Origin: an uncultured virus (IMG/VR IMGVR_UViG_3300009784_000011)
Taxonomy: Duplodnaviria; Heunggongvirae; Uroviricota; Caudoviricetes
DNA: 64,000 bases
Direction: 5' to 3' (one strand)
IMG/VR virus record: IMGVR_UViG_3300009784_000011
Span: 1-64,000 of that record
The notes under the pieces were generated by a model. That model was not told where the DNA came from. It saw only the letters and a program-made list of their open reading frames with translations, and did no database searches. This document shows positions 26,469-36,652 of this stretch, one piece after another; position 1 is the first letter of the stretch, and the number at the start of each line of letters is the position of its first letter. Position numbers and translations under genes: made by a program.

Positions 26469-29400
26469 CGGCTTTCGGCACCAACCTGTGGGTCACCGTC
26501 CTGCCCGCCCTGCAAGGGTTGCAGGAGCGGTTCCGTGAGGCCGGCCGACTGGCCGGCGTGGCGATGGGCTACGCCGCCGGCGAGCACGTCAGCAACGCGC
26601 TCATCCAGCACGCCTCGCGCGCCGGCCAGTCGGCTGGCGCAGCAGCGGCCACCGAGTTCGGCCAGAGCTTCGGCCAGGGCGTCACTGGCGGTCAGGCCAT
26701 CGGCCAGATCCAGTCCGTGCTCACCGACTCGTTCAAGGGCTTCGGCGGAAAGCTCGCCGCCGACTTCGTGGCCGACTTCAACAACGCGCTGCAGGGCAAG
26801 GGCCTCAACTTCGGCGACCTGATGAGGCCGATGGACCAGCTCGAGAACGCGATGCTGGGCCCGATCCAGCGCGTGACCGAGCACATCCCATTGATCGGCA
26901 CAGCGCTACGCGAGGTCAAGGCAGACTTCGACACCTTCCAGGCCGCCGGTATCGGCTGGCTCTCGTCGCTGACCGACATCGCCAACCGCTACCAGGAGAT
27001 CGCGCGCACGATCGCCGGCCAGACGGTGAACACCAGTGCCATCGAGCAATACACCGGGCTTGTGCGCGACATCATGGCCTCGGGCGCACTGGTGCGTGTC
27101 GAGGATCTGGGCACCGCAATTGGCCGGCTAGGCAACAACATTCGCGATCTGGACCCTACCCAGCTCGGCGAGCTTGCCAAGAACTTCGCCCAGGTCGAGG
27201 AAGTTGTCGGCAACATCGACGCCGAGAAGTTCGCCGGCGTGCTCTCGGCGTGGCAGGTGCCTGCGACGCAGGCCAACGAAACGCTGACCATGTTGGGCAA
27301 CGTCGCCCGAGATAGCGGCCAGAAGATCAACGCCACCATGTCCGAGATGATCTCGGCCGGCCCCGCGCTGCGTGCGATGGGCTACGACTTCATGCAGACG
27401 GCGATGCTGTTCTCCGAAGCTGCCAAGTACGGTGACACCGCCCAGCGCGCGGTCTATGCGTTCACCCACGCTTACAAGCAGTTCATCGACCTCAACGTCG
27501 ATCCCAAGGCCGGCATGAAGCAGGTCCTGGAAAACATCAAGGCGATGACGGAGTCCCCGGACCCGCAACTGGAACGTGCGGGTGTGCAACTCGCCGAGCA
27601 GGTGTTCGGCCAGCGCGCCGCGGCCACCCTCGTCGACATGCTCAAGAAGGGCATCCTCGACGCCGCCGATGCGATGCACGTGCCTGAGGCATTCAAGAAG
27701 GAAATGGGCGAGACGGTCGAGCAGACGGCCACGCTGGGGCAGGAATGGGAGCGCGTCGGAGCGCAGATTCAGGCCGCGCTGCAACCGGTTGGCACCGCAC
27801 TGGCGGGCTCGCTGGCGCAATCCACCCGCGGCATCTCGGAGTGGCTGGCCGAGAACCAGGCCAAGATCCTGGGCTGGGGCGAGCAGATCACCCAGGTGGT
27901 CCTGAGCGGCGTCCAGCACATGATGAGCTTCTTCGGCGAGGCGCTGCAGGCCGGGGCGACGTTCGTCAACGCCTTCAAGGAGATGGTTTACGTCGGCTTC
28001 GAGGCCATCCTGCAGCCGCTGCACGGCTTCACTGAGCTGCTGGCCAAGGCCCATGTGCCGCATTTCAAGGAGATGGCCGATGACCTCGGCCTGATCCAGC
28101 AGAAGATGAACCAGATCCACGACTTCGACGCGGGCCGGTTCACCTACAACCTGGGCACCGGACTCAAGGAGGGTGCCGACCAGGCTGAGAACATCCGGCA
28201 GTCACTGGTCAGCTCCACCGCGCTGGCCCAGCAGGTGCTCCAGCTGCACGCCGCGTTACGGATGAACATCGGCGGCCAGATGCAGGAGGGCATCGAGCAG
28301 ATCCGTGACGCGGCCGGCCATCTGATACCGCCCACCCCGGACAACCTTGAGCTGCAGCTCAAGGGCAGTGCCGCCCAGCACGAGGCGGCAGTCAAGGCTT
28401 TCGAGAACGTCGGCGCCGGCATCGAATTCGACAAGGACGGCGTGCTAGGCGGCAAGATCCGCAGGGTTTTCGCGCTCGCCGGACACAAGGGCCTCGACGA
28501 AGCCCTCAAGGTGTTCAGGGGCGAGGTCGTCAACATCCCGGTGCAGGCCGTCGACGGTTCGGGGAACGTGATCGACGCCGATCACCCGCTGGTTGGCGGG
28601 GATGCGCTGGGCGGCGGCGACATCGACGTCACTGCGGTGGGCGGGCTGGCGCCGGTCGGCGCGGTGGACGCCAGCGGGATTCCCCGCCCGAGCGGCAGTG
28701 CTTTCGGCGGACAGCCGTTGCCGGCCGGCCAAGCCCCCGCGACACCGCCGGCACCTGCCGCCGACTCAGGTGAGCAGGGCCGCGCCGGGACACCGCCACC
28801 GCCGATGCCACCGGCCTTCGGCGTGCCCAGCACCTCCGGGCTGGTGTGGGGGGATGCCGGGCCGGTCCAGACCGGCACACTAGTCAGCTGGCATCCTGAT
28901 TACGCCGGCGCGGGTGCCGCCGCCGGCGGCTTCGGTGTCAGTGAACCGCAACGGGTCCAGCTCGTCTCGATGATCTCCCAGCTGCCGCAGGCCCCGGCGA
29001 CCGGCGCCGCACCCGACCCGGGTGCCTACCGCAACTACCTCATCTCCCAGGCGCAGGCCGCCGGCCTGAGCCCGGTTGAAATCGGCATGACGCTGGCCGT
29101 CGCCCAGCATGAAACACAGTGGCAGGAACCGGGATTCATGGGTTTCGGCCCGGAGGCCACTCGGCGTGGATACAACTACGACGCCGATCCCAAGGGCGCG
29201 ATCGACCAGTTCATCCGGCAGTACACCACCCGCCTGGGACAGGCCCCGGGACTCAACCGCAACGATCCCGCCGCGGTCGCCGATTACATCTGGCACACCG
29301 TTCACGGTGCCGCCGACCCTCACTACGGTGCCTCGCTGATGTCGACCTACCAGGGCATTGGCCCGACTAGCGGGCCGCTCTCCCCGCAGGCGACCCAGGC

Positions 29401-32400
29401 GCTGGACCACGCCAGCGACACGGTCAAGGGACTGTCTGCGCAGATGCCAGTCGGGTTCGCCGACGCCCGCAGCCTGGCCGACCAGCTCCGGGGCGTCGGT
29501 TACCAATGGGGCGGTGCCGGGGACAAAGTCAACCAGTTCATGTATGACTGCTCGGGCCTGATCAGCGAGATGTACAAGACGCTGACCGGCCTGCCGGCAG
29601 GCCCGGAGGTCAAGGGCGGCCCACAGGGCGGCCGGTTCACCACCCAGACCCTGATGGACCCAAAGCAGCTCGCCGCGCTGGGATTCGTGCCGGGCTACGA
29701 CCCCACCTCGATGTTCAACATCGGCTTCAACGCGGCACACGTGGCGGGTTCGCTGGGCACCGAGGCGCAGGGCCAGCTCAACATCGAGTCCAATGCCCCG
29801 CCCGGCTACGTCCAGGTGGGCGCGGGCACCAAGGGCGCGCACGACCCGCAGTTCACCCAGTTCGCACACCTGCCCGACTGGATGGTCCGTGGTGCCGGCA
29901 CGCCGACCGGAACCCCGCAGACCATCTGGGGCACCGGCGCCGCCGGCACCCAGACGATTCCGCTGGAAGCGTGGCGAGGCTGGATCGCCGGCGGCAAGCA
30001 TTACCCGCTGGGAGTCTCTCAAGCGTCCCCGCAGTTGCAGTATCTGGCCCAGATCATCTCGATGATCCCGCAGTTCAGCGCGCTGCAGGCGACTGCGCAG
30101 GGCGGTGGGCTGGAATTTACCGGCGAGGATGCCCAGCTTCGGGCATTGCACGCCGAGCTTCAAAAATCCGGCATCCCGATGACCGAGGTCCCTGGGGCGC
30201 TGGATGTCACGGTGCCCCAAGAGCACATGCAGCGGTTGATCTACGACACGATCTCCCACTTCACGCCAGTCGGTCAGGAGGTCAGCTTCGGCGGTCCCGG
30301 CGGCGTCAACATCGAGCCGGTGCCGGCGGGGACAGCCGGAGCGCCACACGCGCCGGCCCCGCCGCATGACATGTCACAGGGCGACTGGGCGGCCCTGGGT
30401 GCCGAAACCCTGTTGGGTGGGTTGGCGGCACGGTTCATCGCGTGGCCGATGATCCGGCGCATCTTCGGGATGGCGCGCGGTCTGCGGGCCGGCGCGCGAG
30501 GGGTAACGGGGGGTGCCGGATTCGGCGGTGCCGCACGCGGTGCTGGCGGCGGCTACGCTGCCGCGTACTGGGCGATCAAGGCCGCAGAAGCTGCGCGCCA
30601 AGCACCGCGGGGCGGCTCGGAAGCTTTGCGCGCGGCAGGACTGGACGTTGACCCGATCAGCCAGCGGCTCTGGGAAAGCGGCCCCACGTTTTTCGAGCGC
30701 ATCAGTGGGCTGGACAGACTGCGCAGCATCGCGTCGATGCAGCAGTTCCTCAACCAAGCAGACATGCTCGGCGAGGCGGGTTACCCCGAGGGGCTGCTGC
30801 CCCCGGATCTGGGTGCTACAGGTATTCCCAGTCCGGCGTTAGTGCGCCGGGCGCACCGGATCGCTGCGGGCGAGTCCGCGCTGCGGCCCGGTTTCGGCGC
30901 ATTGGAACTGGGAGCCGGGCCGCTCGGTGAGAGCTTCCGTGATCCGGTCACCGGACAGTTCCTGCCGTCAGCGACCTGGGCTGCCGGTCCCGGCGGGGAG
31001 TCGCCCTACCCGTTCGACCTGATGAGCAGCATGAGCCGGTTCCAGCCCGGCCAGATCGCCACCTGGACAGGCATGGCCCGGCCCACCTTCCTCGATGATC
31101 TGGCCGCTGCTCAGCGGCAATTCCTCCGGTTGGCTCAGCTGCCGGCCGAATCCAACTGGCTCACTCAACTCAACCTCGCTCAGCAGCCTTTCGGCGCGCC
31201 GACCTACGACCGTTACCGCGGCCTGATGAGCACCCTGAGCCAGGCCGCGCCCGGCGACATCCTAGGAGCCGTCCCGGAAGCGCAGCGGATGGCGGCCGAT
31301 GCTGTCGCATTGGCCCGCAACATTGGGCTCACCTTCGGTGGGGCGCCGCGTTCGGTATCGGCCCGCGCCCAGGAACTACGCAGCCTGTTCGCGCGAGGAC
31401 CGGCGGCAACGCCGATCACCGGGGCGCTCGCCGACATCCCCGCCGACATCATGCAACGGCTCACCGGCGGGGTAGCAGGATTGCCGCTGCTCACCACGCC
31501 CGAAGCCCCAGCCGAAGCCTTGATCCGCAACATCCAGGCGATGGCGGGACAGGTCGAGCTCCGTCAGACGATGAACTGGCTCGCCGCCGAGGCGCAGGCC
31601 CTTTCTGGTGCCGGGCGCCAGTATGTGATGCCCGGTGTCGCGATGCCGCAGGGTCTTTTCTTCCAGCAGGCGCAGGCGGCAGAAGCCGCGATCCGGGCCA
31701 GGATGGCGGCCGGCGAGCTTGGCGCAGGTGTGGAGTGGGGCATCGAACGCGGGCCGCTACCCGAGGTTGATCCGCGCATCTACCCGTTGCCACCCGGCGA
31801 GATTTATCCCAGTCTCGGTGAGGGATACGACCCCACGTCGATAGCGACGGGGCAGCAGATCTATGGCCGCCCACTTCCGGGTGGCGGCATGAGCCGGGAC
31901 TACTGGATCGAAGGTAGCGGGAACTCCTGGCGGCTACACGACCTGCGCACCGGCGGCGAACCGCTCCAGCTCGGACAATACCGGACCCGCAAAGCTGCGA
32001 CGGAGGGCTTGCGTCAGCATCTGACCCAAGTGCGTCGAGCGCAGCAAGAACAGGCGATCGCCCGGGCGAACGAGGTAGCCCGGCGCGCTAGGTCGCTAAC
32101 GGGCATGGGACCGGCGCTGCGGGAATCCACGGCCGAGGTCACCGCACGAATCTCAGAAGCAGTGGCCCAGGCGGGATTCGGCAATATCCCCGAGGCTGCA
32201 ATGGCCCGGGTGTCGCGTTTTGTCCAGGACCCCGCCGAGGCGCAGCTGCTCGCCCAGATGCTCGGCATCGAGCCTGGGAAGGTTGAGCCCATCTTCGGTC
32301 CCGAGCCACCGCCGACGCCAGCGGGGATGGTGGCCGAGGCCCAGGCCGCGCTCGAGGCCGGCGAGGCGATCACCCCCAAGGCCGGTGAGGCGACTATCTC

Positions 32401-35400
32401 GAAGGCCGAAGCCGGCCAGACTTGGCGTCGGTACCGTCCCCGCACCGCCGCCGGCGAAGGCAACTTCATCATCTCGGGCAAGCGCGGCCGCTATACCGTC
32501 CGTGACCTCACCGAGCGCGGTGCCGAACGCCAGGTCGGCGGAGAGTACCGCACCGTCACCGAGGCTCGCCAGGAGCTCGAAGCCGAGGTGGAACGGATAC
32601 ACCAGGCTGCGCTCGAGGAACTGCGGGCCGGCCTGGACGCCACCCGCGCCGTGCAACGCAGCCGCGACATCGCCGACGTGATGGGGATGCTTGAGACGGG
32701 GCCGGCGTTTGACACCGGCGGCTTCGCCGACATATTGCGCGGCCTGCAGCTCCCGGCACCGCCTGCGCCCATTTCCATTCCGTACCCCCAGTTCCCGACG
32801 CCGGCAGCTCCCGTCTCCATTCCCTATCCCCAGTTCCCCGCGCCGCGACCGACTCCCCTGTTGATGCCGCGCGTGCGGCCTACGCCACCGCCGGTATCCA
32901 GCGAGACGCTCGCCGGGCGCCCAATCCTGGAAGCAGTGGGCCGGATGCCGCGCGCTTGGCCGAGCGAACTACCCGCAGGACCGCCCAGCCCGGCAATCGT
33001 GGCGAGTTATCTGGACTCTTTCCAGAAGTATTGGAACGACCTGAGCCCTATAGAGAAGTACGCGGTCTCGCAGGCTCACGCAATGGGCACCCTTCCGATG
33101 GAGGACCTGCTCGCACATGCGGGGTTCGAGAGTGCCGGCGGCTGGGACCCGGGAATGCTCAGCGCGCTCGAATCCGCCATCGCTCCCACCCTTACCACTT
33201 CCGTGCAGGACGTGATCGGAGCCCCAGCTGCCGCGGCGGCGGGGGCTCCCGCGCCAGCTGCCGCGGCAGCGGCACCTGGAACTTACGCCATCGGTCCCGG
33301 TGCCCTCGCGCCCGAAGTCCTCGCCACACCGCCACGGCCACCGGCCCCACTGGCGCCCCCCGGGCTGCTCAGTCGTCTTCTGACCGAGCGCCCCTCTGTC
33401 TCGTGGTTGCCAGCGCCGGTCCAGCGGGCGCTCGGCCAGCTCAGCGACCTCTACTCCCGGCTTCCCGCGCCGGTACGCACGGGCCTGCGGTGGGGAGGAC
33501 GCGCGCTGGAAGTCGGCCAGGTCGCCGGAGCGGGCGTCGAGGCCGCGCACGGTGTCGCCGAGCAGGACACGACGGCAGAGAAGGTTGGTGCGCTGGCCCT
33601 TACGGCGGGTGGAACGGCTTTACTGGCTGCGGCCGCGCCAGAACTCGGTACCTTCGCGGCGGTGCTGGGCGCCGCCGCCGGTGCGGCACAGTTGGACGAG
33701 CTCGTTCAGCGACACGCGCCCGGACTGGTCGCAGCGACCCAGGACTGGACTCCCGGTGCGATCGCCGACCGTCTGGGAGCAGGAACGCGACGGATTTTCG
33801 CCGGCGCTCTGCCGAGATTCTTCGGACCACCACCCACCGCTCCACCGCCAACGCAGCCGGTTGCACCCACCGGCCCACCGGCCGGTGGGCCACCACCGCC
33901 ACCGCCGGGGCTGCCCAGCGTCCTCGGAGCAGGAGGGGGTACGCCGCCAACGGTGCACGTCGTGCCACCCCCCGGCGAGGAACACCGCTGGCGCGGCATT
34001 TATCCGGCTATCTCAGGCATGCTTCCCGGCGGAGCGGACTGGGAAGCGCAATATGGCGGTAAGTCGGGAATCGAGCAGGCCCTCACCGCCGAGCTCGGCT
34101 CCGGTGGCATGACGCTAGCCAAGGATATTGTCGGCGGGATCAATAAGCTCGGCCCCACGATCGCTGACCTGATTGGTGCGGCAGGCAAGGGCATCGTCGA
34201 TCTTGCGAGGCCGCCGAGCGAGGCCGAGCGGCGGGAGTGGGGTCCGGGCTCGGAGTTCGGCGCCCTAGGCAAGGCTCGCGACGAAGCGCCCGTCGCTGAC
34301 GCCGTCTCCGATGCGGTTGGAGATGTCTCCGACGCGGGCGTGGACATTGTGCATAGTGTCGGCGATGCCTTTCATAGCTTTTGGTTCGGTTCTCCGCCCG
34401 CGAGGCCGACACCTAAGGCACCCCCGGTCACACCCCCGACAAAACCCAGCGACACAGGTGGCGACGAGGACTGGGACTCGGAGGACTTCACCGGACCCGA
34501 GGGCGTGATCCAGCCCGTCGAGGCAGCCCCGAAATGGACTGTTACAGAGGGAGTCCCCCAGCCGCTCGCCCCGAAGGATCAACCGGATCAACCGGGCGAC
34601 ACCGGCGGCGGAGGCGGCGGCGGTGGTGGCGGTGGCACCACCGATAGCGGCGACTTCGATGAGGACGACGACTTCACCGGCCCCGAGGGTGTCATCCAGC
34701 CGGCCGAGGCCCCTGCGCCACAGGCCCCGGCTCAGGGCGGTGGCGGTCCACCGCCGCCCGAGCAACAGGCCGGTGGTCCGCCCCCATTGGAACAGCCCGG
34801 TGGCGCCCCCGGGACCACTCCTGGACAGCCCCCTCCCACAACCTTCACCACCACCCCCGGCGGCAGCGGCTACGGAACTCCCGTCTTCGTCACGAACTGG
34901 CCCGGTGTGGGCGCCGGTACTGGCGCGGCGGGAGCTCCCCCACCGGCAGCCCCCGCGCCTGCTCCCGCGCCTGCTCCCGCGCCTGCGCCCGCACCCGGCG
35001 CCGAGGCGCCGCCAGTAGCCGCCGCAGCACCGGCCGCAGCACCGCCTACTGGCGCACCACCGGAGGGTGGTCCGGCGGCGCTGGCACCGTCACCGGGAGC
35101 TACGGCCGCGACGGGACCCATCCCGGCCGGAGCCAGCCCTGACCAGATGGCTTACGGAGGGCAGCCGTATGGCCCGCAGGGTCCGATCGACCTCAACTAC
35201 TTCGACCCCTATTCCCGGTATCCCGCGATGCACCAGCGGGCCTACCGGACGTGGCTGCATGAGTACGAGCGGTGGCAGATCGAAGTCAGCACCCGGTCCC
35301 CGCAGATCGAGCTGCTGAATTCAGAGCTCGCCAGCGCGAAGTCGGCTTATGACATCGAGCAGCAGAAGTGGGGTGCCATCGTCGCCCGGGGCGAGGCCGA

Positions 35401-36649
35401 GCAGCGCCTAGGGCATGGGATAGATGCGCCCACGCAAGCGGCACTGAACACGGGCAGCCACGCGATCAACTCCGCTGCAAGCAAACTCAACTCGGCCAGC
35501 ACCAAGCTGTTCGAGGCCACGGCCGACATCCCGCCGCCGCCCAAGCCTCCTGGCGCCGACGAGCGCGCCGACAAGGACGCGATCAGCCTGGGTCACGGCC
35601 TCATCCAGGGCATCTTCGAGGAACTGGGCTTCGGCAAAGGGGCCTCGGCGGTGTTCGGCGAGGCGATCACCAGCTGGGGCATCACCAAGATGCTGGGTGC
35701 GGGGCTGGACTGGTTCATCGGCGGTCCCGGCGCGGGCATGTTCGGTGAGCAGGGCGGCCTGGTCCCAGGCAAGGGCAAGCTGTTCGGGTTTGGGGGCGCA
35801 CGCGGACCGACCGGCCAGAACCTAGGCGCTGGCTTGGCGCTTGGTTTCGGTGTCCCCAAACCGTTGGTCGAAGCAGGGATGGAGCCCGGCGAAGGCGGTA
35901 TGCACCCCGGGGAAAACCTGCGGGGACCAGGACAAGTGGGCAGGCCCGGTTTACCGCAAGTTCTTGGTCCGCTGACCGCGCCTGGTGCCGCGGCTCCCGT
36001 TATCGGTCCCAACGGCGGCCCACTGCCGGTCACGCTGCAACCAGGCCACCAAATTGCGGGGTCACCCGGCGCGCCTGGCAGTACGCCCCAGAACCCGTTG
36101 CATGCCGCACTCACGCCGGGACCTGGCGGCGTGCCGCCTGGTGGCCCTCCTGTCCAGCCTGGTCAAACGCGGGGCTGGTGGCAGCCGTTGCCGGGTGGCG
36201 CTGGGCATTATGTGACAGCTGGCTGGTCGGGTGGCGCTACTGGCGCCGCACCCGACTGGCTCGACCTAGCCGAGGGCGCCGGCGGTGGTGGCCCGGTAAC
36301 CAGCGTGGGCAGTGCTCTGTTGCGCACGTTTGCGCCGATGATGCAGCGCCGCCAGCCCTACGATTACGAGGCGCTGCCATATTCACCCGGCAAGATCGCC
36401 ACAGCCGCCTATACCGCTCCCTCGTCGCAGTCGCCGACCGTTCCCGGCGGTGGACTGGCCGGTGTGGCAGGTAATTACGGCGGTGTCTCGATCCACAACT
36501 ACAACCCGACGATGATCGGGCCGCCCCATTACCAGGTGCCCGGGCAGCTCGGTGACCAGCTGAACAGCGTGCTGACCTCGATAGGCACCCAGCACACTCC
36601 GCAACTCGGCGGCGCCGCCGCCGCTGCCTCATCGTTGCCGGCGGGATAA
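26465..36649 (+). CDS. tape measure protein (3394 aa) with cell-wall hydrolase domains
   Basis: Follows chaperones; Ala/Gly-rich helical N-terminus; lysozyme-like segment (AVAQHET ~29100); NlpC/P60 motif YQWGG...DCSG...H (29501-29750); long Pro-rich regions. Confidence 0.9.
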   Translation: MTAFGTNLWVTVLPALQGLQERFREAGRLAGVAMGYAAGEHVSNALIQHASRAGQSAGAAAATEFGQSFGQGVTGGQAIGQIQSVLTDSFKGFGGKLAADFVADFNNALQGKGLNFGDLMRPMDQLENAMLGPIQRVTEHIPLIGTALREVKADFDTFQAAGIGWLSSLTDIANRYQEIARTIAGQTVNTSAIEQYTGLVRDIMASGALVRVEDLGTAIGRLGNNIRDLDPTQLGELAKNFAQVEEVVGNIDAEKFAGVLSAWQVPATQANETLTMLGNVARDSGQKINATMSEMISAGPALRAMGYDFMQTAMLFSEAAKYGDTAQRAVYAFTHAYKQFIDLNVDPKAGMKQVLENIKAMTESPDPQLERAGVQLAEQVFGQRAAATLVDMLKKGILDAADAMHVPEAFKKEMGETVEQTATLGQEWERVGAQIQAALQPVGTALAGSLAQSTRGISEWLAENQAKILGWGEQITQVVLSGVQHMMSFFGEALQAGATFVNAFKEMVYVGFEAILQPLHGFTELLAKAHVPHFKEMADDLGLIQQKMNQIHDFDAGRFTYNLGTGLKEGADQAENIRQSLVSSTALAQQVLQLHAALRMNIGGQMQEGIEQIRDAAGHLIPPTPDNLELQLKGSAAQHEAAVKAFENVGAGIEFDKDGVLGGKIRRVFALAGHKGLDEALKVFRGEVVNIPVQAVDGSGNVIDADHPLVGGDALGGGDIDVTAVGGLAPVGAVDASGIPRPSGSAFGGQPLPAGQAPATPPAPAADSGEQGRAGTPPPPMPPAFGVPSTSGLVWGDAGPVQTGTLVSWHPDYAGAGAAAGGFGVSEPQRVQLVSMISQLPQAPATGAAPDPGAYRNYLISQAQAAGLSPVEIGMTLAVAQHETQWQEPGFMGFGPEATRRGYNYDADPKGAIDQFIRQYTTRLGQAPGLNRNDPAAVADYIWHTVHGAADPHYGASLMSTYQGIGPTSGPLSPQATQALDHASDTVKGLSAQMPVGFADARSLADQLRGVGYQWGGAGDKVNQFMYDCSGLISEMYKTLTGLPAGPEVKGGPQGGRFTTQTLMDPKQLAALGFVPGYDPTSMFNIGFNAAHVAGSLGTEAQGQLNIESNAPPGYVQVGAGTKGAHDPQFTQFAHLPDWMVRGAGTPTGTPQTIWGTGAAGTQTIPLEAWRGWIAGGKHYPLGVSQASPQLQYLAQIISMIPQFSALQATAQGGGLEFTGEDAQLRALHAELQKSGIPMTEVPGALDVTVPQEHMQRLIYDTISHFTPVGQEVSFGGPGGVNIEPVPAGTAGAPHAPAPPHDMSQGDWAALGAETLLGGLAARFIAWPMIRRIFGMARGLRAGARGVTGGAGFGGAARGAGGGYAAAYWAIKAAEAARQAPRGGSEALRAAGLDVDPISQRLWESGPTFFERISGLDRLRSIASMQQFLNQADMLGEAGYPEGLLPPDLGATGIPSPALVRRAHRIAAGESALRPGFGALELGAGPLGESFRDPVTGQFLPSATWAAGPGGESPYPFDLMSSMSRFQPGQIATWTGMARPTFLDDLAAAQRQFLRLAQLPAESNWLTQLNLAQQPFGAPTYDRYRGLMSTLSQAAPGDILGAVPEAQRMAADAVALARNIGLTFGGAPRSVSARAQELRSLFARGPAATPITGALADIPADIMQRLTGGVAGLPLLTTPEAPAEALIRNIQAMAGQVELRQTMNWLAAEAQALSGAGRQYVMPGVAMPQGLFFQQAQAAEAAIRARMAAGELGAGVEWGIERGPLPEVDPRIYPLPPGEIYPSLGEGYDPTSIATGQQIYGRPLPGGGMSRDYWIEGSGNSWRLHDLRTGGEPLQLGQYRTRKAATEGLRQHLTQVRRAQQEQAIARANEVARRARSLTGMGPALRESTAEVTARISEAVAQAGFGNIPEAAMARVSRFVQDPAEAQLLAQMLGIEPGKVEPIFGPEPPPTPAGMVAEAQAALEAGEAITPKAGEATISKAEAGQTWRRYRPRTAAGEGNFIISGKRGRYTVRDLTERGAERQVGGEYRTVTEARQELEAEVERIHQAALEELRAGLDATRAVQRSRDIADVMGMLETGPAFDTGGFADILRGLQLPAPPAPISIPYPQFPTPAAPVSIPYPQFPAPRPTPLLMPRVRPTPPPVSSETLAGRPILEAVGRMPRAWPSELPAGPPSPAIVASYLDSFQKYWNDLSPIEKYAVSQAHAMGTLPMEDLLAHAGFESAGGWDPGMLSALESAIAPTLTTSVQDVIGAPAAAAAGAPAPAAAAAAPGTYAIGPGALAPEVLATPPRPPAPLAPPGLLSRLLTERPSVSWLPAPVQRALGQLSDLYSRLPAPVRTGLRWGGRALEVGQVAGAGVEAAHGVAEQDTTAEKVGALALTAGGTALLAAAAPELGTFAAVLGAAAGAAQLDELVQRHAPGLVAATQDWTPGAIADRLGAGTRRIFAGALPRFFGPPPTAPPPTQPVAPTGPPAGGPPPPPPGLPSVLGAGGGTPPTVHVVPPPGEEHRWRGIYPAISGMLPGGADWEAQYGGKSGIEQALTAELGSGGMTLAKDIVGGINKLGPTIADLIGAAGKGIVDLARPPSEAERREWGPGSEFGALGKARDEAPVADAVSDAVGDVSDAGVDIVHSVGDAFHSFWFGSPPARPTPKAPPVTPPTKPSDTGGDEDWDSEDFTGPEGVIQPVEAAPKWTVTEGVPQPLAPKDQPDQPGDTGGGGGGGGGGGTTDSGDFDEDDDFTGPEGVIQPAEAPAPQAPAQGGGGPPPPEQQAGGPPPLEQPGGAPGTTPGQPPPTTFTTTPGGSGYGTPVFVTNWPGVGAGTGAAGAPPPAAPAPAPAPAPAPAPAPGAEAPPVAAAAPAAAPPTGAPPEGGPAALAPSPGATAATGPIPAGASPDQMAYGGQPYGPQGPIDLNYFDPYSRYPAMHQRAYRTWLHEYERWQIEVSTRSPQIELLNSELASAKSAYDIEQQKWGAIVARGEAEQRLGHGIDAPTQAALNTGSHAINSAASKLNSASTKLFEATADIPPPPKPPGADERADKDAISLGHGLIQGIFEELGFGKGASAVFGEAITSWGITKMLGAGLDWFIGGPGAGMFGEQGGLVPGKGKLFGFGGARGPTGQNLGAGLALGFGVPKPLVEAGMEPGEGGMHPGENLRGPGQVGRPGLPQVLGPLTAPGAAAPVIGPNGGPLPVTLQPGHQIAGSPGAPGSTPQNPLHAALTPGPGGVPPGGPPVQPGQTRGWWQPLPGGAGHYVTAGWSGGATGAAPDWLDLAEGAGGGGPVTSVGSALLRTFAPMMQRRQPYDYEALPYSPGKIATAAYTAPSSQSPTVPGGGLAGVAGNYGGVSIHNYNPTMIGPPHYQVPGQLGDQLNSVLTSIGTQHTPQLGGAAAAASSLPAG

Positions 36650-36652
36650 GCC

